From assembly GCA_964252035.1 (NCBI GenBank), contig OZ176207.1: a stretch of DNA of 64,000 bases. One strand, written 5' to 3'. Numbering within the stretch: the stretch's first letter is position 1; each line of letters starts with the position of its first letter. Both the position numbers and the translations under genes were made by a program. Under the pieces are notes generated by a model. That model was not told the DNA's origin. It worked only from the letters and a program-made list of their open reading frames with translations, and did not search any database. Below are positions 34,864 to 47,369 of this stretch, piece by piece. The stretch is from Podarcis erhardii (lineage: Eukaryota).

Positions 34864-36999
34864 TTTTTTTAAAAGAACTACACTTTTTAATATGTGTTTA
34901 TATTCTTATATTCTTATATTCTTATATTCTTATATGTATTTTTTTACCAGTGGAGGGTAAAAAATACACTCAAACTGTGTTAAGCAAAATGGAAACTTGC
35001 AGGAACTTCTCTAATTCACCTAACAGGAACTGCTAGCGAGCTAGAGGTGGTGTCCTTATAGGCCTGGGGTAGGAAACCTGATGCTGTCAGATTATAGCTC
35101 CCATCAGCCCCAAACCAGGGTGAACAATAGACAGGCATTATATGGGAGGAGTTGTGGTCCACAACCTCTGGAGGGACACAGGCTCCCCACCCCTGCTATG
35201 GACAATCCCAAAATTAAATTGAACTTTTTGCTGCTTTAAATGCCAATACATGGTACAGTATATATCAAACTTTCAAGAAATACAGCAATGCCATCATCAT
35301 CAGAGCACACTGGCTAATGACTGCTTTCAGCTTAGAAATCTAAATTTATGCTGCTATGTGCCACTCTTTAGGTCTTACCTTATGAATTGTTGTTCAGCGC
35401 ATCTTCCTGGTTTGTAGTCATACAACGTATGTGTGTTTTTCAGTCCTTGGCCAGTCATAGTTCAGACAACCAAGGCTAGGAAGCAGCCCTTCCTGCCGTT
35501 TCCAGTGGATCACTTCCTGAACTGGATTGCAAGTTAGTTTGGCTATGGCCCAGCCCATTGGCCTAGTCCTCTTCCCCACACTTGATTTAAAACTAAGTCA
35601 ATGTAGGTCATTCTACACCCACACACCCCAATTCTCTGAATCTCCACTTATCTTACACACACACCTACCCCAACCCTGGAGGTATCGCGCTTCAGTAATT
35701 AGTAAGGAATGATTGCTGCTTATACTGACCATTCTTCATGCTGTGAAAAATTAATATAAAGGTGTACCATATTATAATTATTTTCATCAACAATTTATGG
35801 TAATTTCCTTCCTGTAACCAAGGAGATGACTACACTAAAAGGTGGGAAGGTGTTGATTTTGTACTCTCTTTTTTTCTGGTTCCCCTAAAGGGAAGTTCTT
35901 TCCTTAAATGACTACTTCAGAACATGAAAAACTGGCCAGCTTATATAATGTCATGGAAGTGTAAGTATAGAGTGTTCAACTAGTGTTTCTCTGTTGCACT
36001 TTAAAAGCAAGTTGGGTGTTTTACTTCTACCTTCGTGTTACCTTTGTGAAATATGTTAACAGATTTTATTGGCCACAAAGTACAGGTCTGATTAACTAAA
36101 TCAGCACACATCTTTTTAATATTGTCCCCTCCCACTCCTGAACTTCTAACCTGACATAAATACATTGCATACTCTAACCTGTTTCTCCTGATTATTAACC
36201 TTGAGCATGGCAACCTATAAATCATCTATGAAACAGCTGGTGCTCAGCATTGCCCTAAAGGTGTATGATTACCATCGTTTTATATATATATATATATATA
36301 TCTAGGTATGCAGACATGAAAAATTCATTGAAGAGCTTGGTATTGTAAGACTTATTATAATGAATTTTCACAAAAACATAGATCATGCTGGAAATAGGTG
36401 TCTGCTTATTATAATGCAGCCATTTATATCTCCCTGAATTGCCGAGTCCATGGTTCAGCTGTTGTGTTAAAAGTCAAATACTATGATTCCTGAATAGATT
36501 TACACTGGTCAGTTTGCATGTACTTCAAGGATGGGAATTTGAATTTAGTCATTTTACAGATCTTAGTGCCGTGAAGTTGAGTAATATAAAGTTGAAAAGT
36601 TCTAAAAGCAAAGGGAATGGGATCGTTGAACATTCCCTTTGGAGGATATTCATGATGGTCACACATTCCGCCTCCCTGCTCTAAACTACTGAATTTGCCC
36701 ATACCATTTCAACAATGGCTAATGTCATATGTGTTGGCATTCCATAGAAACAGAAGTTGTGGCAAAAAAGGGACATATGCACAAAGGCATTTCCAGACCC
36801 TCTCTCTCTGCAACCCCCTGTAAACCCACCACCACCACTCCTGGTGTGCAGGGAACCATATGTAATCTAGTACAAATGCAATTCTGGGCACCTCATAGCA
36901 AAATTTAAGAGTTGAAAGAAACATAAAAGGCAACTAAAATAAATTGAGACACCTTCCCTCTGAGGAAAAGCATTTGGGGATTTTTAAATTGCTAAATCA

Positions 37000-37357
37000 G
37001 GGACGCGGGTGGCACTGTGGTGTAAACCACTGAGCCTTTGGCTTGCCGATTTAAAGGTCTGTGGTTCGAATCCCCGTGACAGGGTGAGCTCCCATTGTTC
37101 GGTCCCAGCTCCTGCTAACCTAGCAGTTCGAAAGCACGCAGTGCAAGTAGATAAATAGGTACCACTCCGGCGGGAAGGTAAACAGCGTTTCCCTGCGCTG
37201 CTCTGGTTTCGCCAGAAGTGGCTTAGTCATGCTGGCCATATGACCTGGAAGCTGTCTGCGGACAAATGCCGGCTCCCTCGGCCTGTAAAGCGAGATGAGC
37301 GCCGCAACCCCAGAGTCATTCATGACTGGACTTAACTGTCAGGGGTCCTTTACCTTT
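37000..37357 (+). mobile_element. Sauria SINE (Squam1)
   Basis: Same head and tail; 13-bp TSD aattgctaaatca. Confidence 0.93.
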
Positions 37358-37445
37358 AATTGCTAAATCAACTCCTCTCCTAATGCAAGGGTTTATGAAA
37401 TCGGACACAACAAAGAGAAATTATGCCTTTTCTCCTACTGGACAT

Positions 37446-37628
37446 GTTGTTGTTGTTTAGTCATTTAGTCATGCCCGACTCTTCGTGACCCCATGGACCA
37501 GAGCACGCCAGGCACTCCTGTCTTCCACTGCCTCCCGCAGTTTGGTCAGACTCATGTTTGTAGCTTCTAGAACACTGTCCAACCATATCGTCCTCTGTTG
37601 TCCCCTTCTTCTTGTGCCCTCCATCTTT
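37446..37628 (-). mobile_element. Bov-B LINE short 3' fragment
   Basis: Matches the 3' end of the 41582-42098 copy; (TTG)n tail; TSD-like ctggaca. Confidence 0.88.
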
Positions 37629-38398
37629 CTGGACAGAGGGAGTCACAAAAGCCCCCTTCAGGCATTCAGAATGAATACCTGAAAGACTCGCTAGAAACTT
37701 AAGACTCCCCATTTGTACCCTAGAGACTAGAGACTGACATGTCATGTTCGCTGTGGCCAGTCCACCATCAGCACCAGTCTGAAATGAGCTCCACACCCTG
37801 GATGCATGTGTACAAAGCTTCTTTAACAGCACCCTTCCAAATAGATATTTCGGTAACATAACTTCCATCTGCCCCAGTCAGCATGGATGACAGGACCCAT
37901 AGTCTAACAGCATATGGAGGGCACTCAGTTGGAGGAAGTGCTGTAGGGCAGCAGTGGGGAACCTTCAGCCCACAGGCTTAATTAGTCCTGTCAGGTAATC
38001 CGATTAGGTATCTGAGGTGGTTTCCCCCAAACCATGCCCACCCCTGTCATATGTGGGGCAGGTATACATGGTTGGGATCAGCTGCACTATGTTCTCATCC
38101 CCACGGAAAGAGCTGCAAGCATGAAACCACCTTCAGAATGATGCAGAGAGTGTATCTGCTGTGGTGTGTGCAGTCTTAGAAGCTGAGGTATGAATGCTAG
38201 AAGCTAAATGGCACCTTAAACCTAGGTTATGGGAGCAACAACGGAATGTCTAGGCATGCTTTATGTATAACAAGAATACAAAGCTGAAAATGAATGAACT
38301 GCAGCTAAAATATTATGTTCACTTTTCACATAGTCTAGTCCTTCCCTTGCCCATCCCTCTAATATTCTTAAGATGGTCTCCTCTCCAGTCTTCAGAGA

Positions 38399-38580
38399 CA
38401 GATAGGTAGCCGTGTTGGTCATTCCCACCACCCTTCTGAGTAATACCCCTCCCCACCTTCTCACTATATAGAAGGGTCTGGAAACTTCTGTTTCAGTGTA
38501 TCTGAAGAAGTGTGCATGCACACGAAAGCTCATACCAAGAACTGACTTAGTTGGTCTTTAAGGTGCTACTGGAAGGAATT
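38399..38580 (+). mobile_element. Mini Penelope-like insertion: 22-nt inverted terminus plus truncated pLTR
   Basis: 38421-38580 closely matches the pLTR at ~53002-53162. 38399-38420 is the reverse complement of the pLTR terminus (gaccaacacggctacctatctg). Perfect 12-bp TSD agtcttcagaga at 38387-38398 and 38581-38592. Confidence 0.9.
38498..38535 (+). ncRNA. Minimal hammerhead ribozyme motif (third copy)
   Basis: Same 38-nt motif as 53081-53118. Confidence 0.8.
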
Positions 38581-38785
38581 AGTCTTCAGAGAGTAGCTGG
38601 AAGTGGGGAGGCAGAAAAGGTCCTCCTTTCCTTCCACTCTGCTCTTTTGATCTGAAATTTCAGGTGCAGTACTGTGCCCAGAGCTCAGAAACTACTCGCC
38701 CTAATGAAATTCCTTGTCGCAAAATGCGCTTAAGACAATGGGAGTTTTGAACACCGAGTGTGTGCTTAGCTGGTATGGTCTAGAG

Positions 38786-38921
38786 CAGTGTTTCCCAACC
38801 TTGTGCCTCCAGCTGTTTTTGGACTACAGTTCCCATCATCCCTTGCCACTGGTCTTGCTAGTCAGGGATGATGGGAGTTGTAGTTCAAAAACAGCTGGAG
38901 GCACAAGGTTGGGAAACACTG
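38786..38921. mobile_element. Palindromic hAT (Charlie/MER5-like) MITE
   Basis: Near-perfect 136-bp fold-back cagtgtttcccaacc...ggttgggaaacactg; perfect 8-bp TSD gtctagag. Confidence 0.9.
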
Positions 38922-40604
38922 GTCTAGAGAGCATTTTCATATCTTCTGCACACATCAAGTACTGAACATGCAAATGGAGCTCCATTGAAGATTAGCAGGA
39001 GGTTCAGCACTGATAAAGAGAAGCTGTTATTCACACAACACATTGATTTGCAGGGTTTTCAGCCACAAGAGTTGGAGGTGCTCATTCATTTATAAGTTTT
39101 TTGTTTGTAAGTTTCACGGAGGGTGGCTCTGTTAGCCATTAATGGAACATCTATGCTCAGAGACAGCAGTTCTTTGAATACCTGATGCTGAAAACAGACA
39201 TCATGTGTGTGTTGCAGGCATCTACTGGGATGTGATGGAAATAGACTCATGGATTCGATGGATCTTGGGTCTGATGCAGTAAAGTGGTCCTTAGCGCAAT
39301 GCCCTTTTTATGGCTGTTATGTTTCCCTCAAGTCTCTGCCAGAATCTCAAAACACACTATGGACCAAATGGTACCGATCTCCTTCTCTTTCTTTGATCTG
39401 TTGTCTCTAGGCTCTGCAGAAGAAGCTGAGCTGGCTTACGCTTAAAAAAACCCCAGGCACACATACTTGTGGAGGTTCATGCCAACATAATTTGCAAAAT
39501 CCTATTCTAGCCAAACACCAATTCGCAACCATCCCTACCAAGAGATGCAGCTGGCCTCCATTCTGATCCCAGTAGTCACAGCGAAAGAAAAATGGTGCCC
39601 AGGGTTGTCAAAATGACATGAAAAGCTGTAACAACATTGGCATCAAGATGAAGCAATGAAGGCAGATCAAAAAGAAACTAAGGAACCATTTGATTGACAA
39701 TTGCTTGAGGAAAATAAACCCTGTAATCCACACAGTTGCAGGAGAAGAGATAGGTGTCAACTAATGGAATTGAAAAAAAGCTCAATAGGAGAAGGGTAAA
39801 AAATGCAATCTGTGAAATGTACTCTTCAAATAGAGATGAATAGTATTCCACCCTCAGCCCCCACAAAAATAACAATAAGGTGTATTGACTAGTCTTCAGT
39901 AGATCGTCCTGGTAATCAGTGCTGCCTAAAAAGAGAAAAAAACAAATATATGGTCTCAGCAGCAGGCAAAATCTGGTGCAGTACTTATATTTAATGGCAT
40001 TTCAAGTCTCCATTCTGTTGTAATGAAGTTTTAATTCCCCAGTGAAGCTAATATTGTATACATGGTAACTGGCACATAACCCCCCAGTTTAAAAAAAGAG
40101 AATGTGGGAGTTGTTGCAGGGATGATCAAGAAATCAATAATGATTTTCACAACCAAGGCTCCAGTTGTGGGATTCTGCCATTGAACACTTTGAAGGTGGC
40201 AGCATGGTTTCCTCCTTGTCGGAGAGGGGGGTGAATGTAACTGGAAATGAATTAGGCTGATGTAATCTGTCATGGCTCTCCAGGCAGCATTTAAGAATAA
40301 TGCCATTTTGTTGAAGGTCACACTGTAAATTGGTGTACAGCTCAAGCAGCCACTAACACAAATGCATCACTGAGTCAACAAAGCTGAGTGTGCTGTTTGT
40401 GCTTAAAACCAGACAAGATTCAATCGAGAGCAGGGATCCTTAATTATTATTATTTTACTCAGTGCTGTTCTCTCTAGAGATTAAGTATTCAGTCAGTTGG
40501 TGATGGCCACTCTTTAGCCAGATCCCTGGAACTTCTCTTCCTTCCAAATCAAAATAAAATAAAAATGGAGGAATCAGGGAAAGGATGGAAGAAAAACTCT
40601 ACAG

Positions 40605-40928
40605 CAGGGGTCAGCAAACTTTTTCAGCAGGGGCGGGTCCACAGTCCCTCAGACCTTGTGGAGGGCTGGACTATATTTTCTTTTGGGGGGGGGGATGAAC
40701 TAATTCCTGTGCCCCACAAATAACCCAGAGATGCATTTTAAATAAAAGCACACATTCTACACATGTAAAAACACCAGGCAGGCCCCATAAATAGCCCAGA
40801 GATGCATTTTAAATAAAAGGACACATTCTACTCATGTAAAAAACACGGATTCCCGGAGGGTCCATGGGCCAGATTTAGAAGGCAATTGGGCCGGATCCGG
40901 CCCCTGGGCCTTAGTTTGCCTACCCATG
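40605..40928. mobile_element. hAT MITE
   Basis: TIR caggggtcagcaaact / agtttgcctacccatg; perfect 8-bp TSD ctctacag; internal duplicated cccagagatgcattttaaataaaa unit. Confidence 0.88.
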
Positions 40929-41581
40929 CTCTACAGCAAAACCAGGATGCAAACAATCATCTCAGCAAAATAAACCAGAAGTAGGAGGGAATAGTTTCAC
41001 AGTACTCAGTAGAACTTCCTTCTAAATATGGTAGGGTTGTAACTTATGACTGAAAACAAACTTGGGTGCACTGGGACAGCAATCTGCTTCCTCGTTCAGT
41101 CAAAATACAGAAGATGTAAGGCAAATGACACCAAGAAGTTAGACAGCCTGCGGAAGTGCTTTTATACTTTCTAATGGGCCATGTCTCAAACATTCAGAAG
41201 AACTACCACCAAACTGAAAGGGGAGAAAGTACAGCATGAAGGACCTGCTTCCCAAATGCAGTATTACTCTAGTTTTATCAACATGGTCAGTGATCAGGGA
41301 TTAGAGGCTTGCAGTCTGTTAACATCTAGGGAACGCAAGTTTCCCATCCCTTACAAATGGGTGGAAGGGATGTGCCATTTGTATTTTAAAATCTGCCATG
41401 GGCAGCAACAGTGTTGTTATGGAGAGTGGGAACTTAGTTTTGCCCTTCTTGTTATTTTCCCAGTTACAACCACGTAACACTGAAGTTGCTTTTAGACTTG
41501 TTTTGCTGACAGCATAGAAGATAGGGACCTGTACAATGCATCTCTTGTGTTTTGATTTTTAAGCAGAGCTAATAGCAGTTT

Positions 41582-42098
41582 GGGAGAAAAGCAATGACAA
41601 ACCTAGACAGCATCTTAAAAAGCAGAGACATTACCTTGCCAACAAAGGTCCGTATAGTTAAAGCTATGGTTTTCCCAGTAGTGATGTATGGAAGTGAGAG
41701 CTTGAACCATAAAGGCTGATCGCCGAAGAATCGATGCTTTTGAATCATGGTGCTGGAGGAGACTCTTGAGAGTCCCATGGACTGCAAGAAGATCAAACCT
41801 CTCCATTCTGAAGGAAATCAGCCCTGAGTGCTCACTGGAAGGACAGATCGTGAAGCTGAGGCTCCAATACTTTGGCCACCTCATGAGAAGAGAAGACTCC
41901 CTGGAAAAGACCCTGATGTTGGGAAAGATGGAGGGCACAAGAAGAAGGGGACAACAGAGGACGAGATGCTTGGACAGTGTTCTCGAAGCTGCCAGCATGA
42001 GTTTGACCAAACTGTGGGAGGCAGTGGAAGACAGAAGTGCCTGGCGTGCTCTGGTCCATGGGGTCACAAAGAGTCGGACACGACTAAACGACAACAAC
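41582..42098 (+). mobile_element. Bov-B (RTE) LINE 3' fragment
   Basis: RT C-terminus (...SLEGQIVKLRLQYFGHLMRREDSLEKTLMLGKMEGTRRRGQQRTR), (CAA)n tail, 11-bp TSD aatagcagttt. Confidence 0.92.
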
Positions 42099-43494
42099 AA
42101 TAGCAGTTTTAGGTGGTGTGATTTCATTAGGAAAATGTTCCAAGGGGGAAAGGGTTAAAAATCCTGCGGAACTACTACCCCTATCAAAATTTCAACCCTT
42201 CATCTCCATGGCTATTTAAATGGTGCTGGTGGAGAGAACATCTGGATACTTGTCAGAGGTCTCTCGCATCACGTCTGTTTGCATAAAAGCAAGAGAGAAA
42301 ATAGAATTATGAATTTGAAAGCCACCAAAGTTCCAGTTTTGGGCCCAAAACACTTACAGAAAAAGTTTGTGTAGTATAGTAAATGAATTATGATAGATAT
42401 TGGGAATGTTAACATCATCATGTAACCACGTTCTCAATTTTGTACACTTATCCAGATTCTTATATGCCTCACTGGGGCAAGCTCGCGGCATTCAAGTGGT
42501 ATGCGATTACCCTTGAAATCAAATCTGTCCCCAAAATTCTACAAGAATGAGTTACCTTACACGACCACCAAAATCACATACTGGACTTTGGCAAACTTAA
42601 CTAGATCAGTCTGTCCTGGAGTGGGGAGTAAGTTGGGATTTTGTTTTTCAATCTTTTCCTTTTTGTAGTTGTTGTTATATATTAGAAATCAGTATAACTG
42701 TATTTATTTTTAAAACGTTAAAAAAAAGAAATAAAGCAGGAGTTGTGCAAATTATGCACATTTGCACCACTGTACTTTCTCTAATCCATCTCTTTTACAA
42801 ATAGGGCCTTTATACAGATTTTGGATTTTTCTTTATGGCAGAAATTAGAGTGGAAATTGCTAAATGGGTTTTTGGAGTCCACAAATTTTCAAATAATTGA
42901 GTACATTGAAGTATTATATAAATACTGCAATTTCTTGAAGTAACTAATGAAAACCTACTGTCAGTGCAGATCATTATTTCCTGTTCTAACAACCCATATC
43001 AATATACCAAATATTTCCAGAATCAGCCATTTTTCAAGACACACATTCACTAGATTTGCATTTCTAAAGAGGAACAAGTAGCATTTCCACACTGGAAATA
43101 CTTTACTTTAATGCCAAGATTCAGCCCCGATCACTAGGTTCAATCCCAGTCACCAACACTTTCATATCAAGATTCAGTCCCTCAGTCCCCTGGGTTGGTT
43201 TAAACTTCATCCTAAGCCAACTGCCCCACCTCTCAAAGTAGCTATGCTCCCATTAGGAATCCCATTCTTTTAAAATGAAAGCACATGTGCCTGGTTTTAA
43301 TTAGAAACCAGCTGGTAGGAGAAAAGGAATCACCAAATACCTCCAGGTTAGAATCCTTAACCTATCATTCCATGGGTGATGGCAGTATGTCCACAAGGAA
43401 AGCTGTGTCCCCCCCCCCACTTCACCGTAACATGTCCCACAACTCTGCCTCAATTCCACCTTCTCTTTCTGTTTACCTCCCCCAATTTTAATAT

Positions 43495-43660
43495 GATAAT
43501 TTTATTATTTGTACCCTGCCCATCTGGCTGGGTTTTTCCAACAGAAAACTAAAAACAACAGAACACTAAAACACAGAACACTGAACAGAACACTGTGGCT
43601 TCCAACAGAACACTAAAAACAGAATAAAACTTCAAACATTAAAAACTTCCCTAAACAGGC
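43495..43660 (-). mobile_element. L2 LINE 3' end with internal tandem rearrangement
   Basis: Same 3' stem; acagaacact unit repeated four times. Confidence 0.7.
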
Positions 43661-43873
43661 CTGTTTATTTCTGCTGCTTCAATTTCTTAGTGTGGCTATG
43701 TTTACATGAGAAGAGGGGTACATTTCCCCATTTCATCCCCCCACAGCCTACATAGATGGCAACACACCGGGCATAGCATGGGGGTAATGAGAGGTGGTTG
43801 TGTGCCTTCTTTAGTTACATCCAGCCCTGTGCTATGCAAGCCACTCAAGATCCAGCACACAAAGACTATACAG

Positions 43874-44125
43874 CAGGGGTAGGCAATCTAAGGCCCATGG
43901 GCCACAAGCGGCCCACGGGGGTCATTTAACTGGCCCCCGAACCGAGCCACCTGCTTGGCGAGTCCCTGCGCGCTGCACTAAACCGGCCCAGGGACTCACT
44001 TCCGTGGGGCCAGAAATCGCATCTGTGCAGATGCAGATGCCGGAAATTGCGGGTGCAATCAGGCCCACAGAGGGATCTCCGCTGGAGTGAACCAGCCCAG
44101 GCAAGGTAAACCTTGCTGATCCCTG
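43874..44125. mobile_element. hAT MITE
   Basis: TIR caggggtaggcaa / ttgctgatccctg; TSD ctatacag / ctatatag. Confidence 0.82.
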
Positions 44126-44279
44126 CTATATAGTATGAATAAGAGGAATATACATTGTCTCCCTATACTGCCCTGGTATGTAGCTTGTGCACACATATGA
44201 CATCTTAGTGGGGAATGAAGAGTTTTACCTGTAGATACTGCACCCTTCTCCATGGAACATTCAGTCACTCATGCCATTA

Positions 44280-44643
44280 AAGGTAAAGGTATCCCTGCCC
44301 GTACGGGCCAGTCTTGACAGACTCTAGGGTTGTGCGCTCATCTCACTCTAGAGGCCGGGAGCCAGCGCTGTCCGCAGACACTTCCGGGTCACGTGGCCAG
44401 CGTGACGAAGCTGCTCTAGCGAACCGGCACCAGAGCAGCACACGGAAACGCTGTTTACCTTCCCGCTATAAAGTGGTACCTATTTATCTACTTGCACTTA
44501 AGGGTGCTTTCAAACTGCTAGGTGGGCAGGAGCTGGGAACGAACAACGGGAGCTCACCCCGCCGCGGGGATTCGAACCGCCGACCATGCGATCGGCAAGT
44601 CCTAGGCTCTGAGGTTTTACCCACAGCGCCACCCGCGTCCCTC
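44280..44643 (-). mobile_element. Sauria SINE (Squam1), distinct CpG-rich variant
   Basis: Full head, 14-bp TSD cactcatgccatta; 3' body differs from the other three copies. Confidence 0.92.
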
Positions 44644-46449
44644 CACTCATGCCATTACCAAAAGAAAAAAGCACAATCATATTAAATGTGTCTGCATCAA
44701 GGAGGATAAGGCTTCAGTATTGCTTTCTTTAATTCATATAGACTTTATGGTCACAATTTATCAGGACCTCCTCCTTTTCAGAAGAGAAGCGGGGCTTGTG
44801 CTGAACCTTCTCATAGATTCTGCACTGTTTCTATTGGCTGCGCAAGGGAATGAGTTGTTTCACACCAGACATCTTCTCCAAGGACATTAAATATGTGAGG
44901 GCTCATACCATCGTAAAATGGACACACAGCCGCCAGAAATAAAGGATGCTATAGGTTGGTGGTTTGTGTGTGTTATTTGTTTTTTAATTGCCTTTGCTCT
45001 TGACAATTAAAACTCCTTCCCCTGGGATATCATTAACCTTCATTAAGTTCCTTGCTGGGAGTATAAAAATTAATGCATTACTAGGAATAGAGACAAAGAA
45101 TCTTTCACGGTGGTACTTTTACAATAAATTCCAGAGTTTGTTGAAAATGAGTCATTAAAAAAAGTGAAAAATTTAACAAGCTGATAATATGAATGCACAC
45201 ACAGGATATGCCACTCTTGATCAGATTGATGGCCCCTCCAAGTTGGTTTCTAGATTTTTATGATCGGCTCCATATGTGAGGCTTGACAGGAAAGAATAAT
45301 GCATTCAGTCAACTGTGCAATAATGTGTACAGGAAAAAAAATCTTTCCTGACCTCTATTAGCTCTCTATGATCTATTAAAGTGGAGGTAACAAGACATTT
45401 TGATCTTCACTAATTCAAACGGTGCACATCTTTCATTCACACAATATTCACTTTGCAGCTGTTCATTACTAACTTTGTTTTCATTGTTCGCAGAGACTCC
45501 TCTTTCCCACATTCTGCCCTCTCCTGTCATCATACGCATATGCTTTTAACTGAACTGGTCCTTAGAATAAAGGTCACTTTAAGTTTGCATTATTGGGCGC
45601 GGCACAGCAGCTAGACAAATGTGCAAACGAGCTTCATAAATTATTTGAGATTTCTCCTCTATCAACTGTTAGTGGATTCTGGAGTACACCATCAGCATTG
45701 TGCTTGAAGTATTTCTCTAAAGAGAGCTCTGCACCCAGCAGATCCAGCTTTTCACCCTCCACAGTGAAGTGCCTCACCCTTTAACTTTATGTCAGGGTTG
45801 CTGTGTGCTCATCCTGGCGACACAGTACAATGAAAACAATAACTCTCAATTGATACATTATCAAAGGTCATATGAAGTTACAAATCAGAAGCTTGCCAGA
45901 AGCAGCTTAAGTTTTCTTTAAAGTGGGTCAGTTGTAGTTTCCTGTAGGTTGTTTGACAGTGGTTTCTGGCATCACAGGCTCTGGTCTACAGGAAACCACA
46001 GAGCCTTTATGTCCTCTGCTCAAACTACAGCATTGTGTTTTTCTACCCATTAACCAAGGATAAATGACCTAGATATTGTGCCTATCAAAGCCTCATTTCT
46101 CTTTTACCCTTTTGTTCTTTAATGTACCACATTATCACACGCTGAACACATTTGAAAGTATTCCTAGTCTCACAAGCCCTTTTGAGAGAGTAATGCAGGG
46201 TTTTGTGTGTCTTTCTGAAGCTTTAGCTAGAGTGGAATAATATGAACATAATTCAGGATTTTTCTTCTTGTCTATTTCTCACAACCTACCAATTCAGTAT
46301 ATTTAGGGACAGAAAAAGCTGGCAAAGGAAGATAGTTTTTTTTTAAAAGGTACCAAAAAAGAAACACAATTATATATTTGCTTCTATTGAGAATACAAAA
46401 AATAGTAAACACCAGTTGTGATTTCCCTAATCACTACATTCTATAAATT

Positions 46450-47369
46450 ACATCTCTGCATATCATGAGTCACTTTTATTAAAAGCATCATTACTACAGT
46501 TGGCAGCAATTTACATCTTATCTTACATGATAGCAGTTTCCAAGGGAAAAAAAAGACATCACAACGAAGAAAAACAAATACATTTACAAAGTCATGTCTG
46601 TAAACTTCAAGGCTAGTTTAGAGTTGAGGTAATCTGTTTAGCTTTGTGGCTAAAGTAACAAAGTCCTTTAATTCAAAAAGGTACCTGATTTTAATTTTTT
46701 TTTTTGTTTTACCAGTGCATTACAAGATCACGAGACGATTTAACTGTAGTTTTATCCTGCAAGAACCTTTTCAGTGGGTAATTTCCAAAAGGTACTCTTC
46801 ACATTCAACAGCTGCCTTATTATTGCTGTGTCTCAAGACAGAGAGACATTCACACTATCATGGAGATTGTCAGAGAATGTGTGTATGTGTACATGCACAA
46901 GCGACCCCCCATACAGTCAAAATGATGCCCGAGTATGATATGTGTGGTAAATTTCATCTTGACTTTCACAGCAAAGAATAAAAATAAAAAATTAAATATA
47001 TAACTTCATACTTCCTTTTAAGCAGCACTTCCTTCTATTTAGTGCCACTCTATTACAAATTGCTGCTTTTATAATACCAATGGTACCAAAAGGGGAAAAA
47101 AAAGCAGAGCATTATGTCAATTTCCTTAAAAAGACATGATCACCTCTCAATTTCATCTCTCCTAGGGATAATAAATAATGCACTGCACAATACTTAATGA
47201 CCAAGATACCTTTTGACACATCTGTATAACATGACTTGAACTTTTTTGTTTGCTACACTATGTTACAGAACAGCTTATAAAAACTAATTATGGACATTAA
47301 CTGTGAGTGTAAACAGTAGGACTACCACTTGTCAAAAGTTTAAAACACTTTAACAGTAACTGGTACTGC
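46450..47369 (-). other. CHD7: CHD7 3' UTR (distal end approximate)
   Basis: TE-free, AU-rich ~0.9 kb between the stop codon and the only minus-strand AATAAA seen in this interval. Confidence 0.75.
46475..46480 (-). terminator. CHD7 polyadenylation signal AATAAA
   Basis: Plus-strand TTTATT, with a GU/U-rich downstream element on the mRNA strand (ggtgtttactattttttgt, ~46395-46415). Confidence 0.75.

Noticed and set aside
42420-42735. Possible L1/Tx1 3' end with A-rich tail
   Set aside because: No readable ORF2 motif or TSD, so a family cannot be supported.
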